From Eledone cirrhosa (Eukaryota): DNA of 64,000 nucleotides. The DNA is taken from positions 7,378,001-7,442,000 of the forward strand of contig OZ024755.1 of the NCBI GenBank assembly GCA_964016885.1, read 5' to 3'. This document shows positions 41,854-56,133 of the stretch, piece after piece. The translations under genes were made by a program, and so were the position numbers. The notes below the pieces were generated by a model. That model was not told the DNA's origin. It worked only from the letters and a program-made list of their open reading frames with translations, and ran no database searches. Each line of letters starts with the position of its first letter. The stretch's first letter is position 1.

Positions 41854-44800
41854 TTTTTTTTCCTTCATTTTAATTTTTTCCTCTTCATTTTAACCGCCCC
41901 CCCCCCCCCACTTTCTAATGTATTTCCACCACTAGCCCTCACACCCTCTCGGAACTTTTTTTCCTTCCCACCTTTCTCCTGATGAAGGGCTTATGTCCAA
42001 AACGTCGTCCCCCATTCCCCACTCTCAAGCGTGAACCTAATACCAACACTGTTTGTTCTTTGTTATTGTTTTTGTGTTTTACTTATATATATATATAATA
42101 TTTATTGTCATTGTTACTATTCATTCGTATAAACGATTTCCTATTAATTTCCACACTAAGTAAATATATACTTTTATTTATTTTCAAGGAAGATTTGTAT
42201 ATCAGCTGTCTTAAAATATAAGAGATGAAAATAATAAAAAATAATAATCCTTACACTTGACATATCTTTCAGAAAATAAATCAATTCCTTATCAAAAGAA
42301 ACCACTTCTAGTCAAGTCTGAGATTTATTGTTAACCAAAGTAGGAATGTGTAACTAATGCCAGAATACGTAGTCTAGCGTCTTTAAATTCACGAGATATC
42401 ACATAGTATGTATGTATGGTCGCGTAACTCCTGATAGTCGTAGGGACGCCGTATTGACATACAGCGTTTCTTGGGCATTTTAAGGAGCCCATCCTTCTCC
42501 AGGCCTGAGTACAGAAGATTCCTTCCAGAGAAAGATAGAAAGTGAGAGAGAGAGAGGAAATGAGAAAGAGATATAGAGAAAGAATCGACCCCAGTACTAG
42601 ACTGGTACTCTTATTTTATTGACATCGAAAGGATGAAAGGCGAAGTTGACCTCGGTGGAATTTAAACTCAAAGAGCAGAGAACCGGAACGAATACCATAA
42701 AGCATTCTATCCGACGTTCTAACGACTCTGCCAATTCACCAAATATTACATAGAATGTCTGTATATCTTTAAATAAAGGTTTTCTTCTGCTTTGAAATGA
42801 CGGTGAATTAGCAAGGTGGCCCTCTTTGCTTTACGTTCAAATCCCGCAGAAATAAATTTTGCATTTCATTCTACCAATGCCAACAAACAAAGTCCGAGAC
42901 GAGGGGCTGGATTGGTATTGGTAGAATACTTAAAAGGTCTGACGAGATGGTTTGCAGTATTTATCATGCTATCCAGGGGTTGGTGGTGGATTGGCAAAAT
43001 GTTTAAAGGGTCTGACGAGGTTCTTTTCTGTATTGATATTGCCTTCATACTTACGGTGTCAGTTAATCAAGTACCAGTGAAAGGATCGGTGGATAGATAT
43101 TACTGTGAAAAGTTCCATAAAGAATAGCCCAGCGGTGGATAGGCAGTTTTGTTAAAGGGTCAATTAAAATACAGACCAGAATTGTTAAGGGGTCTGATTA
43201 GAGGATTTGCGGTATCAGTTCTTGCTCTGTACGTTCTCCGTTCAAATCTAATCTAGTATTGTAAGACAAGCTGTGGCGACCACCAGATAGTTTAATTGGT
43301 TTTCTTTCTTTTCTTTCCTTTTTCTCTTCTTTCCTTTTTCTCTTCTTTCTTTTCCTTTCTTAGTTTTCCTTTTTTCTTTTCCTTCCTTTCTTTCTTTTTT
43401 TTCCTCTTTTTTCTCCTATCTCTCTCTTTGGAAGGAAAAAATCGGTGGTGATCGAACCTAGAGAAGTTTTCCCGAGACGCCGTATATCACGAAAGCGCCC
43501 CCTTATGTCTCCATTAGTAGATAATGACTCAAACCAGAAATATATTAGGGTATAAATATCTGAATTCTGTGAAAATGTTTAAAATAATCTCATTTCACGC
43601 TATAGCAACACGTTATATTTTATAGTTTTTCTAATAAAGTTGTAGTCAATATATTTATTAAATGTAGCTTATGTAACAAGAACACGCGACTCTATTCTGT
43701 TTTCTATCTCTTCTCTAACGAAGTTAATGATCCAGGTACAGCTATTTAATATTTTAATACCTTATCGTACGATCTATGAGTTTTAAATGTCAGCAATAAA
43801 TTCCCAATTGTTTACTTTTTATGAGAGTTATGAATTTTATTGAACAATATATAAAGAATATAATTAACAAGCTTAACAAAAGTTGGAGAGATAGAAAAAA
43901 TAAAAGTGGTGTGTGGATTGGAAACAAAAAGAAAAACTGTATTATAGGGTGGACGGTATTATCTAAGCTGTTGCACTTCCTCTTACATGATAGCAAACGC
44001 CTTGTCACAGAGAAATGCCAGTGATTACTTCAGCGTCAGCCATTCCTCTTCAATGGTCTCCTAATTTTTGGCGTGAAGCCCACGTTCCTATTTGGTAGAT
44101 AAAATTGGCAGTTGGGGGGACAAAGGTTGCCAGAAATCTCAACTCTGACCGGTGCAAAGAGAAAATGGTGAGTCAATATTTGATATTTAGTTATCTTCTT
44201 CTCTGTAGCAGTCTGGTGACGAAGGGCACCGGAGGTCTCAACACTGACTAGCACAAAAAGAAAATGGTCAGTGAATGCTTGGTGTTTGGTCATCTTTGTC
44301 TCCTTTTCAGCAGTCTAATGACTAAGGACACTGGAGGTTTTAATCCTGACTACCATAAAAAGAAAATGGTCAGTCAATGCCTGGTGTTTAGTTATATTTC
44401 CCTCCTCTGCATTGTAGGTGGCGACACATGGGTTTGTGGTTGAATCAATGAGATTGGCCTCAATGATTGTCCTCAATGTGTCACAACATGTGGTGTCCGG
44501 TCCCATATTAATTATTTCTCCCCTCAAATTCGAATAAAAACAGTTATCCAATTTGGCTATTTATCGTCCCTACGGCCAAGGTCGACAAATTCCAGCTGTG
44601 ACAGGAAATCGTCCGTGTCAGGGTTCCACGTATACATAAATTATGTTGGAACTAAAGATAGAACATGTTTATGAATAATTTCTCGATTTATAAATATTAT
44701 GAGCTAGATACATTCCTACTCTAAAGTTTTAACTCGCTTCTCTTTAATTGCTGGATGGAATGTAGTTTAAATCTTAATTAGCTAAATTGGTGAATGTTAA

Positions 44801-44882
44801 TTTGTGGCTATTAAAAGGAAATGAGTCCATCTATTATTGGTTTGTCATTGAAGTTATAAAATCGATATATTTTTCATTTCAG

Positions 44883-45038
44883 CTTTCAAGATTCAGATAT
44901 GGTGGATAGAAGATCCAATATTTACCACGTTCCCCGACCGTGTGGATCGGGATCTTCTCGAACTGGAACCAGGGGAAGGAACTGTGGAGTTGCTAAACGA
45001 AAATTTAAAGCTCTCCCAGAGCATGAGTGGTTCACCCG
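44883..45038 (+). CDS. Adhesion GPCR exon F (GAIN-B), phase 1-1
   Basis: ttttcatttcag| acceptor; G|gtaagt donor. Encodes AFKIQIWWIEDPIFTTFPDRVDRDLLELEPGEGTVELLNENLKLSQSMSGSP (FP motif). Confidence 0.85.
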
Positions 45039-46403
45039 GTAAGTATTAATGCAATCGGTATGTTTATATAGCACACATACCCGTACATATGTCAAATACA
45101 TTCACACATATATTCGACGGACTTTTACAGGGTCTGTGTCTAATCAGCATAAATTACTTATATTCTTTCCTTCTAGATGAACAATTTTTCCCTTCTCTTC
45201 CCCCTCTCTCTCTTCCTACTCCCTCTTTCGCTCTTCCCACCTCTCTCTCTCATGGGAATGTCATCCAAGGTATTTCTTTTTCGGTACCATATCATTTGAG
45301 GAAGATTTGCTTCCTATTTCTAGCAGATAGTTCAACCCCATGGAGGTACCATCTTTAGAATGTTTCTTTATGTTGGTCGTTAATGTAGAAAAGTTCATAT
45401 TATAATGGATATCCCTATGCCAGTGGACTTTAATAGTCGAGATAATGATGCTGATGATCATGGTTCCTCCGTTGGCTTCGACGATGAGCATTTAGACGCT
45501 GACTCATGAATTATCATGCAAGTCGTTAAGAGTACTTCAGACACGTTTATTCATTATATAATTCTCAGGGAGATGCAACGTAACGTTGTACGACACAGCT
45601 AGCTCTTTGAATTACAAGTACAGTCTATTTGTCGGGTTTCCAAACAGTTTCCGTAGGCAAAGCAAGGGTAGACCCGAGGCTTTGGTAAATGGCTCTTAGC
45701 AAATATTCCTCGAGGTGGGGTCGAACCCAGAACCTAATGATTGCGAAGCAGTCTTTTTAACCACTCGGCTATGGTTCGTCCTTTGTTCTAAAATATAAAA
45801 GTATAAAAATAAGTAAAACGTCAGATATTCCCAAATGCATTGCGTTGAATGGTTTGGTGTATGTGGTATTCTTTGTAAGTAAATGGTTTATACTAAATTA
45901 CGGCATACCATTCTTTCTTAGACCCCAATGGAATTTAGTTAGTGTAGGTTATTCCAATTTCTATGTATGTGGCGTCGTTCCAAGGAAATCCTGCTATCTA
46001 CATCCGGTGAATGGAGAGAAGTGAATAAAGCGGTCAGCTATTGAGGCTTTCAATTTTAACAACTGATAACAGAATTAGAGATAAAGTTGCCGCGTTGAAA
46101 GTCAATACCTGGTCACTATTTCACATGAAATAAAACTACATTTTCTCCATACAACACGTAGTAGAATCATTCATTTGAACTGCTATGAGGACCAAAGATA
46201 AATACACACCAAACAGAGTGTGTGTGTAGTAATATAGTCTGTGCTTATTAATCTTTTGTTTTATTGGTTTCAGTCATTAAGCCACGACCATACTGGAGCA
46301 CTACTTTCAAAGGAATTAGTCGCTCATATCGATCCCCAGTACTTTTTATTACGATAATTATTTCATCGATCTTTATTTGAGTCAAACTATTATATGTGCT
46401 ATC

Positions 46404-46435
<32 letters not shown>

Positions 46436-46955
46436 AATTGTGGGTGAATTCCCAATGGGTAGGTATCGAGAAGTGACTACAGTTACAAAAGGTACTCAAT
46501 ATGCTAGTAGAGTATAGGCGTCTTTATTTCATATAGAAATGGCTTACACAGGTCTAGACCTGTTTTATTCGTATGGAATCTTTAAGAAAGACGTGGTGGC
46601 GTATGGTTGATATGTCACATTTGTTGGTTGTGTGTATTTATTGCGAAGTGATGGTCGCTGCAGATATACAGAAACCACGCAATAAGATAGCTGTAGCCTG
46701 ATGATGTCCGTTGCTTCCTTATCAGTAATTGGTATAGGTTTGTTATTGTTATATTTAGGAGTGTGATTTGTTGTATAATTCCGAAGAGGGTGATTAGCTT
46801 TACTTTGTTTAGAGTGGCCTGTATTTATGGTAGGTTAGATGAAGGTGTATGGACGGTATTTGTTTCAACTGTGTATAGCGTTGGATCGGAGTCACTTCAT
46901 TTGCATTTATGATAAAGTATATAACAAGTATATTTACATACAGACACACACACTT

Positions 46956-47023
<68 letters not shown>

Positions 47024-47024
<1 letters not shown>

Positions 47025-47152
47025 AAGAAGGTGTGGTATGTGGACCATAACGTACCAGAGTACTCGATAATTAGAGTAGTAGACTGGGTTAGTTCAGATC
47101 TAGCTGTAGAAACGGCCGGAGCTCAACCGTCGGGGTCCTGGCTCTTTTCCTA
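47024..47152. mobile_element. Miniature tail-to-tail PLE derivative
   Basis: Same two modules as 51433-51592, embedded in (TA)n. Confidence 0.75.
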
Positions 47153-47276
47153 TATATATATATATACATACACATATATGTTCTGGGTCAGGTTATAATG
47201 TACGGCACTACCTTGAAGAACCGTAACGTCACACATGTTTAAGAAATATGGAATGCAGAACTCTACACACTCACAC

Positions 47277-47323
<47 letters not shown>

Positions 47324-49269
47324 GTGTGTGTGTGTGTGTGCGTATAATTAATTTTCTTAAGCATGTGTGACGTTACGATTTGATGAAGTACTTTAGTCCC
47401 ATCCATTATAACCTGACCCAGAACATAATTATGTTAATGATTCCTTTCAAACGTAATTACATTAAATACATCCCCCTCCCCCAAACACCGTCCGGTTAAT
47501 TACTTTATTATTTCCATGGCAATGTTTTCATAGAAGACGTAACAAGTTTGCTTTTGGTATTGTAGTTGTTGTTAATTTAGGATTAACTTCCCCTAATATG
47601 AACACATTGCCAAAAATATTGACCCACACTAGCTGAGAATCGATTGATTATTTTTATTTATCTAGACTCTATCCCTTTCCATAGCTTCGGTTATGAGAAT
47701 TGCTATATACTTATATTCCTAATCTAAAACTATGAACTTAATGCAACCGAGGAAAAGGTTTTTATGGTTGATAATAGAAATTTGCTGTTTTATAGTGAAG
47801 CAGATGTCAGATTATCGGATGAAGAAATTTGAGTGTATTCCTCATAATTCTTGTTGTTTTACGCCATCAATAATGAATTATAGCTTCTGGTAACCCACTT
47901 ATATGATAGCCGATAAGTTTAGCAAAGAATCGAGAGATGGTGAGGCGCTAAAGTGATGTATATGTAGAGGAATGTGTTTCTTACGTGTAGAAAGTTATGA
48001 TATTTATAGAAAAATCAAAAAATCATTTACGAGCCATGAGTTTGTTTTTGATGCTGTTCGCTATCATAAATCTCCGGGTTCAATGATACTGTGTTGTGTA
48101 TTGATATACGCCATTTTCCATTGTCTCGTGTTAACCCAAGCCTCGTCAGTGAAATGCAGACGGAAACAGTTTTGGAGTTCGTCGGGTGAATTGAACCTCA
48201 CACATTGTATCAAGCTGACGTTATATGAAGCGTGTCTTGGACATTTTAAATCTGGCGTTGCACACTCTCACAGCCAATTTCTTCTAAACATAGAGAGAGA
48301 GAGAGAGAAGAACTTGATCCAGCTTTGAACATGTACTTCATTTATCGACCTGGAAATAATGGATAAATTCAACCTCGGCACAGAGCACTAAATACCGCAA
48401 ATCGTTATATTCGATCTTCTAACAACCCTGCCCCGTTACCGCCTCAAATACAGAAAATTACGAAATCAGTTATTGAAAGTTTGTTATAGTTGACTACCGA
48501 CATGTTTAGAGGTCAGTTTTAGAGTTTTTTAGTCTTCCCCTCTTGTGTCAGAAGGTCGACTACGTGCCAAAGATTGACGTCTTGTTACTATGCTAAATCA
48601 AAAGTTTTTTTAATATACAAAAGGTTTATAAATAGGAAAAAACATACTTTTCTTTTTACATTAATTTTAGTTTCAGTTTAAATTGAATGAATGGGATGAA
48701 AGGAGAAACACAGTGTTTATTAAAGTAATTATCTACATACTTACATCATAAAACAGTGCTATGTTTGCACAAGACGTGGCGATGGGGTTTTAATAACACA
48801 ATCAATTGAATACTTTTTGGATAAATGCCCGATAAAGCCAGTTAAATACTCAAATTGTTGCTTCTATAACTACCACGAATATTGATTTTTTTAGTTTGGC
48901 ACAAGGCTTTAAATTTGGAGTGAGGGCTATAATCAATTATATGAACCTCGGTACCTGTATTGTACTTACTATAACGGCCCCTGGATGAGGAAATACAAAT
49001 TTAAAAATCATCTCTAAATAGGTCTGCATATTTACATGTAATATTTGAGTTAAATAAGGCGGTGGATTGGCAGCATCGGTGAACGTTGGACAACATGGTT
49101 TATGTCATAGAGTTACGGCACTTTACGATCTGAGTTCAAATCCTGCCGAGGTTAGATTAACCTTTCATTTTTACGGGGCCAATAAATTAAAGTACCAGTA
49201 ACGCCCTGAGGGTCTACTTAATCGACTTTCTCCTCAGAAAGTCTAGAAAACAGAAATGATTATTGCTAA

Positions 49270-49352
<83 letters not shown>

Positions 49353-49483
49353 GAAGGTATAGAAATTATTGTGAGCGTGAAGCCAACAGTATTTCATAAT
49401 ATATAAGTGACTATAACGTCAAAATGGAAAATAATTAACGTAAGATGTGGGAAAATAATTCAAACTCAATTTAAAAAAAATCA

Positions 49484-49536
<53 letters not shown>

Positions 49537-50449
49537 GGTGGTGCCCCAGCATGGCCTCAGCCGGATGGCTGGAACAGGTAAAAGAGTATGTGTATATATA
49601 TATATATATATAACAAAACAACTACAGCTGTCTCTCACAATCAGGTATAACTTGGTTTCTTCTTCTTCTTCTTCTTCTTCTTCTTCTTCTTCTTCTTCTT
49701 CTTCTTCTTCTTCTTCTTCTTCTCCCCCCCTCCTACTACTACTACTAACGCCCTCACCCTTCCTCTTGTCCTTTTTCTTCTATTTATTAATATTATTGCA
49801 GTGGTTATTATGTTTCTTTGAAATTCTCTGAGCCGTTGTTGACTTTTCCATGGCATATTGGAGAAAGTCTTCAACTACATGTGACACATTCCTCTAATAT
49901 GTCACCTAAACAATTTTCTCCGTCACTTAACAGAAAATTAGAATAGACTTTACTGCTGGTATTTCTATTATTCCAGAGACTAACTTAATCAAAGCAAGGC
50001 TAAGATATGTCGTCTTTAATTAACGGTAGCAATCATGAACTTAGAATCATCATCATCATCACCACCATCATCATCATCACCATCATCATCATCATCTGCT
50101 TTCCATGCTGGTATGTGTTGAATATGTCTCCACGGTTCGAGACTAGAAATAGTTGGATACATGCTATGTCCATACGTTCTATATCTTGGCATGGTTTCTA
50201 CAGTTTAAACGCGGTTTATATATATATATATAGAAATATTAAAACAATGAAATTAAATACAAAACTGTTGAATTAACAGTTTTGTGTGTAATTTCATTGT
50301 TTTAATATTTCTATTTTGACTCTGTATCCAATTGAATTATATCGTTGATAAAAAATGTTTGTATTTTAAACTTTGCTTCACGACATCTACATACGGATTA
50401 CATTGAGTTCTTTATACAGATTAGACCCTACCGTTGAGTGGTAGATTTA

Positions 50450-50491
<42 letters not shown>

Positions 50492-50553
50492 GTATGTGTT
50501 ATCTCAATCAAAATGATTCCATTCTTTGACACCCTATATTGATTTCTTTACAG

Positions 50554-50623
50554 TTTTTGTTGGTGTGGCCACATTTCTGTATCCGTCGTTTTCCCGCGTT
50601 TTACCAAATCATTTTTTTAAAAG
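50554..50623 (+). CDS. Adhesion GPCR exon G (GAIN-B), phase 1-2
   Basis: ttctttacag| acceptor; AG|gtgagt donor. Encodes VFVGVATFLYPSFSRVLPNHFFK (hydrophobic strand plus Y..+..+L motif). Confidence 0.85.
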
Positions 50624-50814
50624 GTGAGTTATCCTGTTTATTTTATACAATGTATTTATGAGTAAGAGCTCCGTTAGTTATAGTTTCCTCCAAATATGAA
50701 ACCAAACTTTAATTGTCCACCATCATTGCATGTGTGTGATTTATACATATGATACTGAAAACATGATAATAACACGTTTCGCTCGTGAATATATAGTATA
50801 TGTTTATGTATACA

Positions 50815-51055
50815 ACATTAACATCCATCCAAGTCTTATTCGCTCCCTAAAAAACGTATCTGGCATCACATAACATTTCACTTCAACTGACCCTGCTAAC
50901 TTTAAAATCATTCCGAAATACATCAAGACAGAAAAAGACCCCATAAAATCCAAAACGTCAATGGACAATTTCCTCGAAGAAATCCCACACAAAACCCTTA
51001 CACCCGGATATAACTCTGGCAACAATAACTCTTTACGGGAGTGTCCCATCATGTA
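50815..51055 (+). mobile_element. CR1/L2-group LINE 3' fragment
   Basis: FTSTDPANFKIIPKYIK..KTSMDNFLEEIPHKTLTPGYNSGNNNSL resembles the F...GP.LFN.LP...FK..LD.FL..IPD.P..PGY...NSL end of CR1-like RT ORFs. Confidence 0.6.
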
Positions 51056-51395
51056 TAATTCATGACTTGGATGTGAAACAAGATTTGGAAGGCTTCGTCA
51101 GCTGGAGCCGATACGTTAGACATGGCATGGAGTTTCTATTCCTTACTTAAAGGATCGTGCGATAAGACAGCTTGGTCATAACTTTCAACCTTTCTGTATT
51201 TATCGTTGCTGTGGTATATGTAGGGCCACTGCCTTCGGTCGTTTTTCTTGGTGTCACTTTTTAACTGTTGTGTTTACTCTGGACGATAATGTATTATCTT
51301 CTCGCTCCATTGAGTGCTTTGTGATTGCCTCAAACAAGTCGAATAGTACCTGCTATATGGCAGCTGCAAGTTTGATTTATACCTAATATAATATA

Positions 51396-51431
<36 letters not shown>

Positions 51432-51432
51432 T

Positions 51433-51592
51433 AAGAAAGAAAGTGTAGTAAGAAACCAGATGGACCATAACACACCAGAGTACTCGATACTTAGGAGAGA
51501 AGAGTGGGTAATAGGAAAGGAATCAGGACCCCGTTCGGATCTAGCTGTCGAAACGGCCGGAGCTCAGCCATCGGGGTCCTGACTCTTTTCCT
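51433..51592. mobile_element. Miniature tail-to-tail derivative of a family related to the 20791 PLE
   Basis: Left part is homologous to 20791-20887 (ggaccataac...gagtgggtaatagg...gacccc); right part is homologous to ~23695-23753. Flanked by TA repeats. Confidence 0.8.
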
Positions 51593-52321
51593 CTATATAG
51601 TTATATATATATATATATAGTTAAAAAAGACAAGCACAGAGATACGTTAACAAGAGTCTTATGTTCACGCTTGAAAAAGGAAAAGGAGGAGGTTCCATTG
51701 AAACATTGTTCTGTTTCTAAGTTTTCTCAGAGCAGTAGTGATTCTGAGACCAAGGTAATAAAAACACATGTACAGCGTTGTACTAAGTGAGATGGAACAG
51801 GGAAGGAAATAGATTCGATTCGAATTTCTGCACCACACAGCTATGTGTGGCTCCATTTATGAAACATGATGTATTATACAATACAGTATTTTCATCAGAA
51901 GTCTTCGTTCCTCCCAGAAAAGTGACATTTAATCTGTGTCAACACAGATTAAATGTCCGCTGTTTGATATATATTTTCTGGCTTCAGGAAATAGCGTGAT
52001 TTTTTTTTTCACTTTATCTGACAATGATCAAAAGAATGCTAAAAATATATATGAATATATACATACACATACACACTGTGATATATATATGCACACGTCA
52101 CCCGCCTTATATATATATATTATATATATATATTATATATATATTATATATATTATATATATATATAGTTATATATATATTCTATATCTCTCTATATATA
52201 GTTATATATATATATAAGTTCAAGGATGTTAGTGCGGTGGTATTTGGTTTTCTCTCTCTCTCTCTATATATATATAGTTATATATATAGTTATATATATA
52301 GTTAAATATAGTTATATATAG

Positions 52322-52362
<41 letters not shown>

Positions 52363-52394
52363 TATATAGTTATATATATATACATAAAACTATA

Positions 52395-52434
<40 letters not shown>

Positions 52435-52995
52435 TATATATCTATATATCTATATATGTATAGTTATATATCTATATCTATATATCTCTATATATATATA
52501 TAGTTATATATCTATATATATATAGTTATATATCTATATATCTATATATATATATATAGTTATATATATCTATATATCTATATATATATATATAGTTATA
52601 TATATATATATATATATCTCTATATATATATAGTTATATATATATATATATATCTATATATATATAGTTATATATATCTATATATCTATATATATATATA
52701 TATAGTTATATATATATATATATCTATATATATATATATAGTTATATATATATATATCTATCTATATATATATATATAGTTATATATATATCTATCTATA
52801 TATATATATATAGTTATATATATCTATATATCTATCTATATATATATAGTTATATATATATATATATATATATTAGTCGTTGATATATAACATACACCAT
52901 TTGATTCATATATGTTGAATACATAAATCATTTAATTGCTAGGAAAAGTCATTTGAAGACCACAAAGTACCTGTATATTTCTCTCCCCTCTATCC

Positions 52996-53088
52996 TACTA
53001 TGTCTCCCCCTCCCCATCTCACTATGTCTCCCCCTCCCCATCTCACTATGTCTCCCCCTCCCCATCTCACTATGTCTCCCCCTCCCCA
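52996..53088. repeat. 24-bp tandem repeat, about 4 copies
   Basis: Unit cactatgtctccccctccccatct. Confidence 0.9.
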
Positions 53089-53554
53089 CGCTCTTACATT
53101 TATATATGTATATATAAATGTATACAAATGTGAGAAAAACTACTAAAAACGTGTTTTTATGTTCACACATCATATATATATTACTATACATACGTGCTAA
53201 GTTGTATATATATTTATGTGTGTGTGTATGCATGTGTGTGTGTCTGTCTGCATGAATGTATGTCTGTATATGAATGTACGCTTGCATGTGTCTGTCAGAC
53301 TGTGTCTGTGTCTGCCTCTGTGTGTGTATGTATGTGTGTGTGTGTTTACATATATGAATGTATGATTGCATGTGTGTGTGTGTCTGTCTGTCTGTCTCTC
53401 TGTGTGTTTATGTATATTTTGTTGCTGTTATTTAAACCCAAACAGTTAATCCAAAACTGTGTGTGTGTGCGTGTGTGCGTGTGTGCGTGTGTTATCTTGG
53501 TGTTAGACGTGCAGCAAATATAGTATGTATACTAGTCCGTGGTAAAATAAAATA

Positions 53555-53720
53555 CTGTATTTCCCGGCGCCGAAGACGCTACTTCTTTCCTAAAATAATT
53601 CTAAAAAATCTACCATGCGTCCTGGAGGTCGAAGGTTGTTTATTATTTTTTTTCAAATTTTTGGTTGCAAAATGAGGGTGTGTCCCCGAAGATGGAGCGT
53701 CTTCGGCATCGGGAAATAGG
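53555..53720. mobile_element. Tc1/mariner-pogo type MITE
   Basis: TIRs CTGTATTTCCCGGCGCCGAAGACGCT / AGCGTCTTCGGCATCGGGAAATAGG with TA on both sides; about 70 bp upstream of exon H. Confidence 0.75.
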
Positions 53721-53791
53721 TATATTTTGTTTGATACTACTTATATCTCTTCGAAATACATTATTTAATAATCTTTTTTTTTTCATTGAAG

Positions 53792-53906
53792 GACGAAAGA
53801 AAATAACATCAACACTCCAGTTGTGGCCCTTTATCTTCACATAGAAAAAGAAAAAATAACCGAAAATCTCACATCACCTGTGATAATAAGTCTACCGTAC
53901 TTAGAC
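53792..53906 (+). CDS. Adhesion GPCR exon H (GAIN-B), phase 2-0
   Basis: T-tract and gaag| acceptor; GAC|gtaagt donor. Encodes RTKENNINTPVVALYLHIEKEKITENLTSPVIISLPYLD, matching +NS.V+...L..PV.+.+. Confidence 0.88.
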
Positions 53907-53997
53907 GTAAGTAACATAGTTTACTATATTCTGTGTCTGTATTATTAACACTTGCACACACACAACAAAACGTGTATACACACATGCACACACACAT

Positions 53998-54295
<298 letters not shown>

Positions 54296-54550
54296 GTTGA
54301 AAATACTATCTATCGGTCGCAACTCCAGGTAGAAGGAGCAACGTGAAATAAAGTGTCTTGCCCAATGACATAACGCATCGCCCGGTCTGGGAATCGAACT
54401 CACAACCTCACGATTGCGCATGACCCTCACAATTGTTATGACCCTCCTAAAGTATATATATATATATATATATGAGTATGTGTTTGTGTATATATATATA
54501 TATATTTATATGTTTGTGTATATATATATATATATATATATGTGTTTGTG

Positions 54551-54633
<83 letters not shown>

Positions 54634-55144
54634 GACTGTGTATATATATATATATATATATATTTCTGATTTAGGTAAAAGGCCAACAATTTTTCTGGAA
54701 GGGGAAAGTCAATTAAATCGAGCCCAGTACGTTACTGGTACTTTATTTTATCGGCTCCTTAAGGATAAAAGGCAAAGTTAACCTCGGCGGGATTTGAACT
54801 CAGACCATAAAGGGCCGTAACCCTCTAAGAATGTCATTCTCATCATCGTAACACAATTTGAAACTGTTACATTTGAAGCAAAGCAGCGCAGGAATTTGTT
54901 TTCCACCAATAAATACCAATCAATGTGACACCGATAACTGAGCTAAAAATAATTTCTGTTATAAACCTTTGTTTATCGTGATACTATTCTTAGAAATTCT
55001 ACACTTTGGAATAGCCACCATTACTTGCTGCTTATATCTTGATAATCCGTGATTCTCCGGAAAAAAAAAATAAAAGACTGGACATGTTTTAATGTGACAT
55101 GGCGAACATGGCACATAGCTCTCTTTCATATAATCTCTCTCCCC

Positions 55145-55181
<37 letters not shown>

Positions 55182-56133
55182 CTGTCTCACACGCATACTC
55201 TCCCCACTCTCTCTCTCTGTCTCTGTATTTTTCTTTGCCATTAAAAGATTGAATTCTCTAGATTCGTCTTGGCTTTCATCGATGTTTTGAACAAAAGATG
55301 GAAATACAAATGTCTGCTTACAGATGTTTGATTTCTGAAGAATCGGACAACTAACATAGACAGACAGACAGACAGATAGATAGATAGATAGATAGATTGA
55401 TTGAGTGAGTAAAAGATAGAATGGGAAGGATGAGCCATAAGACAAAGTGTAAAAGAATGAAAAAAATAACCCAAACTAAAATGATAAAAAGTCATCGTAA
55501 ATCTGGGCAGAACTCCACACTGTATTAAATACTATAACACATTCTGTATGTGTGTGTACTATAGGTTGTGTGTTAGTATATATATATATATATATATATA
55601 CATATTATGGTCTGTGTATGTGTAATATAATCTTTGAGTGTATTATAGTCTGTATAAATGTATATATTTATATGTGTGTATTAGACAGTCTGTGTGTAGC
55701 ATATGTGTATTAGTCCGTATGTGTGTATATCTGTATGTGTGTTGTAGTCCGTATGTGTGTATTATAGTCTCTGTATAACTCTATGTATGTATTATTATCT
55801 ATATATGTCGAGGTTAACTTTGCCTTTCATCCTTACGGGGTCGATAAAATAAAGTACCAGTAATGCACTGGGGTAATTGCTGGCCTTGTGCTAATAGTAG
55901 AAACAATTATCTATATATGTATGTATATATGTGTATATATGTGTATTATAGTCTATATATATATGTGTACATATGTGTATTATAGTCTATATGTGTGTGT
56001 GTGTATATGTGTGTGTATGTGTATTATGGTCTGTGTGGGGGAGGGGAGAGGGTGGCACATCGATCCGTATTTCGGCTTAGTGGATACAATGTCTAATATA
56101 ACCTGCCATGGAAGATTGCCATCTTGAAGGCGC

